Part shown: positions 1 through 10,377 of the stretch, piece after piece
How positions within the stretch are numbered: the first letter of the stretch is position 1
Layout: every line of letters begins with the position of its first letter
Origin: Pelomyxa schiedti
Lineage: Eukaryota; Protista; Evosea
DNA: 64,000 nucleotides
NCBI GenBank assembly: GCA_020536535.1
Contig: JAHLWZ010000794.1
Span: 1 to 64,000, forward strand
Direction: 5' to 3'
Position numbers and translations under genes: made by a program
Notes under the pieces: model-generated
Seen by the model: the letters and a program-made list of their open reading frames with translations, nothing else
Told to the model about the DNA's origin: nothing
Databases searched by the model: none

Positions 1-328
1 GCAACGTCTTCCGACGTTGAGACCCCTGCTGCAGCGAAAAAGATTGCATTCCTTGGTTGATGTTTTGTGCGAGACACTCCTTCACTTGTGTGTGAAAACG
101 TTCCATGTCCGCGCTGAGTTGCTGTTACGTCCGTAATCGATTCGATCACCTCTTATTCTTTGAATTTGATGTGCACCGATCTAATCGAATCTGTTGTGAT
201 TAGCAACAAAACCTAAACTTTAGAAACCCGATGGTCTGGTGTTTTTTTTATTTACCCAAATGTCCTGGTTCTTTCGTTGTTTTGTGCTGTGTGCTGTGTG
301 CACTTGTATGGTTTGGGTTGTTGGGCCG

Positions 329-1724
329 TCATATTCCAAGTGGTAGTTTGAGGTTCTGGGCTATCTGGATGATGATATCTGTTGGTGCAGTGACTCTTGA
401 GTGTATTCCGGTCCTTCTGTGCTGGTCACTGCATAGAAATACAATAGCCGCTGGCTTCCAGTCAAAGTGCATTTCTGCCTTGTGCTTGGCTTTCTCCAGC
501 CACTCAGTCATTACAGTGTTGTGTGGAACAGTCAGTGTCACAAGGCCTTCAAGTTGCAATCCCTTTCGGGTGCACACATGAATTTGGTCAAATGTGCCCT
601 TGGACTCCACAATGAATCTGGTGTAGACATTGGTGAACCCCACAGACAAGAGCACCTTCCATTTATTGCCAAGAGTCGACTTCTCTGATTTGGTAATTAC
701 TAGCATATCCGTGAGCAACCACAATAGGCAGGGCTGAGTCCTTGGTTTAGCCTTGCTTAGGATACACTCGGCAGGCAAGGACCGGTCAGTGTTAAATCTT
801 TTTGTACGTAAATAGGGGTTTAAGTTGGAGAATAGCTACTTTATGAGCCTTCTCTTTCCATCAATAAGAGTGACTTTAAAGTTGCTCCAGCTTAATTGAC
901 ACTCAGATAGTATAGCGTCTTCCTCTCTTTGATGGGCGCGCTTGTTAAGCTCTAGAAGAAACTGAGTAGGGAATAACAGATTGCCACATTACACAACTGT
1001 TTCCCAAACCCCTAATCTTTGTTAACACAGTGTGCCACTCACTTCCTGGAGGGACCCGGCTAACCACCTCCTGGAACAAGTTGAGAAAGGCATATAAGTG
1101 GTAAGGGAGTGCTCACTTGGCAGAGTAGAGTATACCTTGGGATTCTACTCATTGGGCAAACCAAACAACTATCCATGTCCAGTCCATCGACCTTCTACAA
1201 GGTAGTAGTTGAGAACTTTTGCTTTAAGAAATTGCTCACTTCTTACTTTGCCCTTGACCACATCGTTAGAGCGCAACTTAGCTGTAATGTCACTGTATTC
1301 ATAGATGAAAGCTCCATAAACTTGAAGTACGGAGGGTCTTACTACATCCTTGAGGTTGTGGTTAGTTGCTCTTTCGATTATATTTCTGTTTGCAACACAC
1401 CAGCCATTCTCTTATGCAAATAGCCACCTGATTGAGCCTATCATTCGGGTCTGTGGCCTGTAACTTCGACAGAAGCCTGTTCAAAAAATCAAGGATAAAT
1501 AATAAAAAAAAAAAAAAAAAAAAAGGAAAAAAATATAAGAACCAGTTGTTGGTAGCGGTTACTTCGCCTATACACTGGGATTGGTATGGCGTAAGAACGC
1601 CCTCCCTCAGGGCCAAGGGAGCAAATTCAGTACTGAGTTGATTGAGTATTTTGCAATACGTAGTCTCCGAAGTAATTATCTCGTTGGCCACCATGACCGC
1701 AAACTTCTCTGCCGCAGATGACAT
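329..1724 (-). CDS. DH-PH Rho guanine nucleotide exchange factor (spliced)
   Basis: First exon has NEIITSETTYCKIL (DH CR1). A later exon has CLVCPMSRIPRYTLL (DH CR3). The last exon is PH-like (LLWLLTDMLVITK...MTEWLEKA). GT-AG introns join these exons. Confidence 0.8.
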
Positions 1725-2010
1725 GGCCACCGAATTGAAAATTTTTGTTGTTTTAACGGGCACAGAAGCGTGCCATTTACTTGATCTTTATCTTGCGTAG
1801 AAAAAGAAACCAGTGATGAAGGAATTCGAAGTTTAGATAGATTCCATTCTTGATACTGACCATTGGGGACCACTCATCCTTGCTACTACGATGCGACATC
1901 ACCTCCCGAAAGGAAAACCCATGAACCAGTCTTGAGGATCAAAGTAATCAATGTTTTGAGAACGGTTCAAATGTTTTTGTTTGGTGAAGGGGTATCGTGG
2001 TAGTCCGAGT

Positions 2011-2676
2011 TTATTGGAGTTTCTTCAAAACAACGTAGTGCTTTTCCTCCTCGATGACTGTAATTTGTAAATTATGGCTGGGTTTGATTGACGAGGGAAT
2101 GCATACTTATGTGACGAAGTTTGTCATCCATGCACTCATAGGACGTAGGCAATTCATCTTTGTACTCACACACCTTGTTGCGAATGTTGCGGTACATGTC
2201 AATTTCCTCTGTGAATTGCTTAATTCAAGTTGACAACCGGTGGCGTGTCAGTACCTTTCTCCTTGCTCATGAGATATGGAAGGATTTGGTCTGGGGAAGA
2301 AGGAGTCCTTGGAGCACGAGTACCCATTGTGGGAACGCTTTCCAATCCACAACAGATCATCTTGGTGAGAATCTTTGCATGGTGAGCCTCCTCTTCGGCA
2401 CAGCACTGTGAAGCACATGATTAGACGGAATAGTGCAAGATCCAATGGTACCTTGAGAACACACGCAATTGGAGCAGACGCGGCACCCTGGAGCATGGCA
2501 AAGCAACCAGTGTATTCAATTACAGCGGCACGCTGTGTTATGGCGTCAGTGAAAGAAAGAATTGTATGTAACATATGCACGATCTCGTAATAAAAGTACT
2601 GCAGATGGGAACTTACTTCTTCCTCAAGAGCACGGTTGATCATATCCACAAGCTCTTGTTTCTTGTTCCTCGACAT
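2011..2676 (-). CDS. Ferritin-like di-iron protein (bacterioferritin/Dps/rubrerythrin fold), spliced
   Basis: Spliced reading is MINRALEEE|RAAVIEYT...LK|CCAEEEAHHAKILTKMI...EEIDMYRNI...IEEEKHY..*. It has two E...ExxH helix pairs typical of the ferritin superfamily. Confidence 0.75.
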
Positions 2677-3108
2677 TTTTCAGGGTCTTGCTTAGTTTTG
2701 TCTTGTTGTTTGGCTCGGTTTTGTTTATTTATTTGTGTTTTTGTCCCAACGGACCCCCGTTGCTTAAAAATCCAAGACGCAGGCAAATGTTGTCAGAGTA
2801 AAAGGGAATCGAAGGAACCTGTCAAACAAGACGTTTGCTGCTTCATTAGATCTTTCTATTCTAAAATTCGCAACTGCTCAGTTGCAGATTCGAGTGACGT
2901 TCCAAATAAGCCGCAAGAAGGAAGGAAAAAAACAAATCAAATTAAAAGGTCTTTATTTTTTCTCGGGACACCGCCGACGGTGAAGGGGTTGTCGTTCTTT
3001 GTTTCCGAAGGTGAATTTTTGTCGCCCAACCATGTTGTTTTCTTCGTGCCACAATCGCGTCACTTCGCCCCGTCTTTTTTTTTTTTTAAACACCAACACA
3101 CCAAACAG

Positions 3109-3923
3109 ATGGTCAAATTGTATGTAAAAATACCCAATTGAGATGCCCTTTGACATGCACGTATGCTCATTTATGTTTTAGCTTGAAGCCGGGCAAAGTT
3201 GTGTTGGTCCTCTCTGGCAGATGGGCCGGACGAAAAGCAGTCATTCTGAAAAATACCTATTCTACCCCTCCTCTCCCCTGCACAAAAAAAAACCACTCAT
3301 TTTCACCACCGCCCCCTTTCCTTATGATGGCTTGACATGTTATCTCTTCTCCCCTTTTCTTTTTTTCCATCATGCACCATCTGGACCCACAAAATCCAGA
3401 CGCTTCGACCACTGCTTGGTGGCAGGAATTGCTCAGTATCCTCGCCCCGTAATTATCCAACACATACTCTTCAAGCCACTTATACCTCTTTAGATTAAGA
3501 GGAGAATGCCCCTCCATCAGATCAAGCGGAGGTCAATTGTCAGGGGGTTCGCCTCGTACTTCAACTTACGACACGTGATGCCAACAAGGTTTTTCCCTCA
3601 TTATGATCCTTTTTGTTTATTTAACCGGTCTTTCGCGTACAGATACAACCTCGACCTTAACCTTAAGGGCATTGTTGACCCCAAAAAAATGGAACCCGGG
3701 AGCAAGAACCATAAAGTCATGAAACACAAGCTTCGCGTTGCCTTCACTCAGAGGTACCAATTGCTTTTTAATATCCTTCCTGGCAATCCCACACCTCCAA
3801 ACCTTACTCACTGTTGTCACGCACATTACCCATGATTTCCCCTCACGTGTTCGTGTATCTAATTGTTATTGTAGATACATTACCGGCAAGAACAAGTGGT
3901 TCTTCACCAAACTGCGCTTCTAA
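3109..3923 (+). CDS. RPL27: 60S ribosomal protein L27 (eL27)
   Basis: [27 protein letters not shown]...DHCLVAGIAQYPR...HVMPTRY...GKNKWFFTKLRF*. Five introns; the second is non-canonical. Confidence 0.97.
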
Positions 3924-4121
3924 ACAATAGAACATGCTGTCCTTTTTTTGTTTTGGTTTTTCCAATTCGACAGTAATAGAACCCCTGTCACATAGACGCC
4001 GTTCGCTTTTCTTCATCAAATATTTCTCCTTTTTTTTTTTTTTTCCTTTTCCGTATCCACGGATTTTTCGTGGCTGACTGTGCACCCCTCCGTTCACAAA
4101 CATCAACAAACAAATAAATAA

Positions 4122-5870
4122 ATGACAACCACGCCACCACCGGCCACATCATCCTCATCCTCAGCAGCAGCGTCACCAGCCTCCCCTGCCGCCCAGCCGC
4201 AACCACAACAGGCCCAGGCACAAGAGAAAGACGATGACCCGTCAATAAGCAGCGAGTGCCCCTTGTACTGCGTGGCGTGCTGCCGGGGCTCCGGCAACGG
4301 CGACCAGGACCAGGACCATGACGACGAGGAGGGCGCTGCGGAGCCGGCGGCGGTGGTCGTGGCGGCGGGCGGCGGCGGCAGGGGAGGCACGGGGGTGCCC
4401 AACTTGGTGCACGTGCGGGGGTGGCCGATCGTACCCCCGCAGCCCGCCGCCACGGCGAAGGAGGGCGAGGGAGACGTGAAGGGGAAGGGGAAGGCGAAGA
4501 AGGGAGAGGCGGAGGCGGAGAGGATTATGGGTGTGCATGATTTTGGGGGCGTGGCTGTGAGGAATGTCGCCGCTAGGATGGCGGTAGGACTTGTTTTGGC
4601 TGAATGATGCTCCATTTTTTTTTTATCTTCTAAGCACTAATTAAGTGATGCTGTGTATGCAGGTTCGTAAGGAGAAAAGCCCGGTTCTGCCTTGCATAGA
4701 GAAGGGGCTATCTGAGTTTTCCGACCCAAGAGAAAAGCCAGTACTCTTGCTTCTAGGAGCAGAAAACACTTGCACACTTGCACTTGCATCACCTACGTAA
4801 TGGTCTTCAGTTCGTATCACCCAAACTTAATGATAGTAAACAGGAAGTTTGTTAAACTAGGCTCTGTTGTAACTGTAGCAAGACCAGATAACGACCCGGA
4901 CAGTGAAATAGAGCAGGTTTTGCCACATTCAAGTTGTCACGCTACTAAATAGCTGCACAGAAAGTTGTATGTTTTGATCGGTCTGGAGAAAGATTTTTTA
5001 CTGGCTCCACCACAGGAGAGTTGTGTTGTTGGTCCATTGATTCACTATCAAAGCTCTATGAATGCAAGGGACACCAAAAACAAATTGTGTCATTAAGTTG
5101 TTCCAAATCGGGGACAATGGTGAGCCTCTCCTTCAATCGAGGAATCTCACGTCTTCCAGTTGGCAAGTGCTAGCTTTGACAACACATGCCGTATTTGGGA
5201 TACTACTTCTGGTAAACTGTTATCAACTTTGCTCCCAGTCAAGAGACCAGGCGTCTGTACTAAAGATGCCTTCACTGGATGCAGGTCATTACATCTCACT
5301 TAGACTGAACAAGTGTCTTAATCCAATGCAGGTTTATTAACAATGATACTGCCCTTCTCACAACAGGTAAAAATATTCTTTCTTTTCTCAGTGTTATCCA
5401 ACTGCTCTATAAGAAATACGTCCAACAAAGGCCTGTTATCTCTCAAAATGGCTGGCAGCAAAAGATAATAACTTCGCCATGCATAAATCCGTACTAGTTG
5501 CAAAATGGAGCAACACTTGCTTTGATACCAGGCTATCTCACCTCCTTTTTCTCTCTTAGTTCCCTAACCCCAAAACAGTCCCAGTGGGAAGTACGCAGCC
5601 ATTGGTGTGCCAGAGAATCAGATTTTCTTATTTTCCACCCACAATCTCTCGCGGATTGCCTGCATTGAGAACCATGGGTTCATTGTCACCGGGGTGAGCT
5701 TTGCCCCCTATGACACTCATGTCCTGAGTGTGGGCCTGGATAATGCCCTCAGATGGGCAAAGGTGGAACCTCTAGTTAGAGCACACCGAAACCGCACCGG
5801 GTGCGCATATATATCCCTATCCCTCTTTATTCTCCTCCTTGCAATGCTCTTTTATTACCTGTTTCTCTAG
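4122..5870 (+). CDS. Sec12/PREB-like WD40 guanine nucleotide exchange factor for Sar1
   Basis: N-terminal PLYCV...VAAGGGGRGGTGVPN motif, WD-like repeat (HGFIVTGVSFAPYDTHVLSVGLDNALRW) and a C-terminal transmembrane helix. Confidence 0.75.
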
Positions 5871-5950
5871 AACACAACAACAGAACACTATCCCTACTTT
5901 CTGTGGTTTTAAGAAGAGCGCAGTTCGGTTTCCCTGTGGGTTTTTGCAAT

Positions 5951-5970
5951 CAAAACCCACCCACCCATAA
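5951..5970 (+). promoter_or_regulatory. Upstream ncRNA promoter element (DUSE-like CCCATAA)
   Basis: CAAAACCCACCCACCCATAA lies ~58 nt upstream of the SRP RNA closing stem. A near-identical element is on the - strand at 18263-18280. The core matches the Dictyostelium upstream sequence element WCCCAYAA. Confidence 0.6.
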
Positions 5971-6027
5971 GTATTCCGCAGGGCAATTTTTCAATCCTGT
6001 GATTCCGCTACATTCAAAGGAACTTCG

Positions 6028-6255
6028 GGTTGGGGGAGGTGGAGAATGGAGAGGGACATGCTGCGTTTACAGCCGCGCCCTAGGAAGCCTTCAGTGAACA
6101 ACGTTGCCAGGGGCAGCCTTAGCACCGTGGTTCGTTTAATGACGCTGCGCATCGGAAGAGGCCGGAAACGGAACATTCAAAAGCGGGCGCTGAGGGCGGT
6201 CACAGGAAAACGGGGCTGAGTGGGTGCTCCAATTCATTGGTCACCTCCTCCAATC
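6028..6255 (+). ncRNA. Signal recognition particle (7SL) RNA
   Basis: Helix 8 GAGG-CCG-GAAA-CGG-AACA (6158-6175) followed by TCAAAA. Helix 6 TGCCAGGG-GCAG-CCTTAGCA with a GNAR loop (6105-6124). Helix 5 CCTTCAGTG (6088-6096) pairs with CGCTGAGGG (6188-6196). Terminal stem GGTTGGGGGAGGTG pairs with CACCTCCTCCAATC, then a T-run follows. Confidence 0.85.
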
Positions 6256-6268
6256 TTTTTGTTTTTTT
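6256..6268 (+). terminator. Pol III T-run terminator
   Basis: TTTTTGTTTTTTT directly follows the 3' stem strand of the SRP RNA. Confidence 0.6.
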
Positions 6269-6376
6269 GTTGTTTTTTGTGTGGGTTCACTGGTAGAGCG
6301 GAGGTACGAATTACAGCGAAATTGTAAAGTGAGTAGGTGGCCAGTTTGAATAAATAGAAGTCTTTTATTCTGGTGC

Positions 6377-7829
6377 TCAACTTTTATCGTTGTAGTGCTG
6401 CTGGGTGCTTGTGTGTTTTTTCTTTTCAGGTTTTTTGGTGGTACTTCTCTTTTCTGAAGTCGCAGTACTTTTTGTTGTGGTTGTAGTGTCACTGCCATTT
6501 TCAGTGACTGTTGTGCCCAGGGACACATTGGAAATCTCCAAGGCCGCTTTATCTGAAAATGCCTGAGCACCTGGAGCAAGTCTCAGCACTGCAAACACAA
6601 CTTCACCGTTCGTCTGTGACTCATCCAACTGGTTTGATGCAACCCAGTTTGGCAGTCCACATTTCTTAGCAACGCAATTGCTTGACTTTGCTCTTGCTGC
6701 AGTTGCAGTTCCGGCTGTGTTTGCACTTGCACTTGTATTTGTGGTTATGTTTGAGTTTGCAGTTGCGGTTGCGGTTGTGGTTGCTGATGCTGATGCAGAG
6801 GGTGTTGTTGAATTTGTTGTGGTTATGGGAGAATTCACTTGTTGCATTTGCGTGAAGGCCCAGCAGCTATCTGGTGGAGGAACGGCCTGCGCAATGGCTC
6901 CAACATAGCTGGCGGGATTCCTGGTACCGGGAGGGTTGGTTGTGGAGGGACTGGAGGATTGTGGGCACAAAACGGTTCCTGCACGCCAGAATGCTGCGGA
7001 ACCCAGAACAACGATTAGTGCTTCGTCTCCACATTCAACCTCGGAGACCCTGTCACACAGGCAATCCAGAGGTGTTGGCTTGATTTGGAAGGGAGGGCGG
7101 GTTTTTGCTTCTGTTCTCAACGCAGTATTTAGTATATGTCCTGCTGTGCACGCAATGTACATCTTTCCAGTGGTCAATTCAGTACAAATAAATGATGCCT
7201 CAGCCTTGGGTGTTTTGCTTGGGCATAAGGTACCAGCACTACTTTCCTTTGGGTTCGGGGTTGAAAGTTGATCAGCTGGAACTGATGGAGTTGAATTCGA
7301 AGATGGTGAAGGGGATGGTTTCGTGGGCGGTTTGACTCCCATTCTACAACAGAATGAGTTCACCTCCAAAAAGAACTGCTGTGGAGAGGGTGCTGAAAGT
7401 GTAAATGGCATGCAGAAGTCATAAAACTCCTTGCAGAAGTCACCCTCCCACAAGGCACAGTAGGAAAAGGCACCCCTCTCTCCATACTGACACCGCCGCA
7501 TCATAAACATAGATTTCTGAGTAAAGCTGGAAATTATAATTGAGTTTCCAATCTCTCTTCCGTGGGATTGTTTTGTACGGGTATAATGATGAGATACATG
7601 AACTCCATGCAGATTAAGACTGTAGCGGGGAACTTTTACTGATGGCTTCAAGTCAACGTTCGCTGTGAGTCGGTGGAATTCTTCCTAAAGATACAAGGTT
7701 GAAGGAGGAATAAAGACTGAGCAAAGTACCCTGGCAGCTTCAATTTCCTCATTAACTTGTTGAAGTCTCTTTCGTTGATTTTCACGTAGAAGTTTGTGTA
7801 TTCCAGTCAAAGTGGAGATATCCTGTGAC

Positions 7830-7888
<59 letters not shown>

Positions 7889-10220
7889 AGATGGACCTCA
7901 GATAAATGGGCATTGAGGGTTTTGCGTTCTTCCATCAAGCCATTTAATAATGTAACAACACTGCTAAGTTCATCAGAAACTTTCCCCGTAGATTTCAAGG
8001 CCTGTTCTATGGTTGTGCAAATTTCAGGAAGGCGTGCATCAGCTCTGGGATCCTATTCCAGAATGAGAATGATGCACATAAGGGTGCACAACTTGTATCA
8101 TAGAAATGCGAGGAAATAGCCGAGAAAACATTTGTAAATTGACTCTTGTCCCATTGCTGGTTAAATTTTTGAATATCAGAGTATACATAGTATCAACGAA
8201 TTCGAGAACACCGTGTGCCTTGTTGGAGTGTCGAAGGGTAACAGGCAGAAGTAGGTATGTGAATGAAGTTGTTATACCCATGTCCAGACACAATTATCTT
8301 CCCCAGATGTGCATATTCCTAGATTCTGCAACCATTTGCAATACTTAGAGTACTGGTGCAAGATAGCTTTCCTATCGAGCATTCTAAGGATGCACAAGTG
8401 AGTGAAAGAGATAGTACTTGGTTTCAGGTAAAGTATGTATTGCATCTCCTTTATGCACTGCTCGGTCTATTGCCAACCGTGAAAATGCAGTCAGTACTTT
8501 ACTGATATCTCCAAAAATAATATTTAGCTTCACAGACTGCAACCAATTACTTACTCCATGATCCAGAAAAAAATGGAATCGTTGTATTTCTTTCCATTTC
8601 TTCAAATAGATCTGCTTCTATTTCATCAATAGTGGAGGTAATAGATGCATGGGAAAAAAAAAGGCTGTGGTTAATGTGAGACCAAAGCAGTAAGGTAGAC
8701 GGACCTCGCTCTTCCTGGAATATCATCCGACTTAGTTTCTCCTTCGTAGATCTCCACTTGCTAGAGCCTGTTAGAGGCACAGTGTAGATTACAGATGGCA
8801 CCTCTGATTCCATCAGGCTTGCCTCTGCAATCACTGGAGTCTGTGCAGGTGTTGATTCTTCCTCATTATCATCCGTTTCATCATCAGAGTTATCATTTTC
8901 GTCAGTTTCCTCTTCAGCATCGTGCCCCATCCCAAGGTCACCTGACTCAATGACATCTTCAGAGACATATCGGAGCTTTATATCAGGCTCTGGCACAGCT
9001 TGCACTGCTGGGGAATTTTCTCCATTTTCTCCACTGTGAGGAGGTGTGCTTGCTGACGTTTGTTGCTTGTACCTAAAAAAGGTATACCGGCCCCACACAA
9101 AGCGATAGAACAATTCAAGAATCAAGGCACCCATCCCAATCTAAATATGAATGTAACTTATCAGGGGCAAAAAGCGTTGCCTTTTTACATTGATGTAGTC
9201 CTTATGGAGGTCACAAGGGCCCAGGAACCAATCTTGGGTATTTTCAATCCACCAAACATGACGCTGAAGATCGAAAAACCTAAATAGAAGATAAACTTCC
9301 GCCTCAATGCAAGCAACAGAGACTTGAAATTGGATTCTTTCCAAGATTCCATTGGACTCAAGGTCAATATTTTGTCGATTACTGTAAACTTATTCCAACA
9401 AGTGGAAAGAAGATCGTCTGACGTGACATTAACGGCCTCTTCCAAGAGGCGCCATTGAGTGTCATCAATGTCTTGGTGATTGGATTAGAGAATTTCTGGT
9501 GTAAAAATTACCTCCATGAGGTCTCTCTGAAAACCGGAAAGAAGTTTTCCTATTCTCGTCCTTATTGACTGCCGCTTCCAGAAACTCCGCCAGTTGATAA
9601 TAGCACTCTACAACTCAGTCAGTACTGCACACTCAGAAAAGAACAAGTGTGGGCGTGTCAGTGAAACTCTTACTGGCATAAGAAGAAGGCGGGGACTGCA
9701 AGAAAACTGAGAAAGGTTGCAACAACCCAATCAACTCCGCCACAGTCGAACCAGAGCGTAACCGCTTGTGAATGGGGGGCTGTGCCTGTGCATCACTGCC
9801 CATCACAGCACCAGATGGTGAAGAATTCAAAGTGGTGGTAGTGGGAGTAGCTGTGGTTGCTTCATCACAAGTATCAACCACATAGCTGCTTTCCTTTGCT
9901 GTTCTCAGCTTTGGCCTCTTTCTGCTCACAATTGAACTGTTGGCACTGCTGTCCACTGCAGTTGCATTATGACTCGCATTTGCAGTTGCACTTGCGCTTG
10001 AATTTACAAGAGGGTGGTCGGCACTGTGCAAATTCAGGTTTGAAACAGGCGAGCCGACATCAACAGTGCGGAGCGGAACTGCAGTTGCAAATGCGTTGGT
10101 GCAGATGACGTCGTCGCGGGCAGCAATTGCAATGGGGGATGGGCCGCCATTCTCGAACGTCGGGGCGGTCTTGGTTGGCAAGTCAACAAGGCCGTTCGCA
10201 TCGGGGGGAAGAGACACCAT
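6377..10220 (-). CDS. Large hypothetical protein (Ser/Thr-rich termini, hydrophobic segments, acidic tract, coiled coil), spliced
   Basis: Chain of long - strand ORFs (9633-10220, 9185-9445, 8547-9134, 7807-7998, 6377-7651) separated by GT-AG introns. No family recognised, and it could be more than one gene. Confidence 0.55.
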
Positions 10221-10377
10221 TCGAACAGAGCAAAAGAAAACGGGTTATGGGTTGCGGGTGGGGCCGGGCAGGCTCGTACCCCTTCGATATTTTTGATTGT
10301 AGAGCTTATTGATTGTTCTCGGAATCTCGACGAGAACCGGTTCATTTAAATGATAGAATGCCACAATCGAAAAAAAA

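Noticed and set aside
3310-3350. Intronic C/D snoRNA in RPL27 (ATGATGG)
   Set aside because: Box C is imperfect, and there is no box D (CTGA) or terminal stem.
5281-5331. GC-AG intron in the Sec12-like gene
   Set aside because: It gives an immediate stop, whereas the GT donor at 5285 keeps the frame.
6028-6255. RNase P/MRP identity (GGAAG..., CCAATTCA, CGGGGCT)
   Set aside because: SRP helices 5, 6 and 8 explain the whole sequence with consistent pairing, and the P4 pseudoknot fit is poor.
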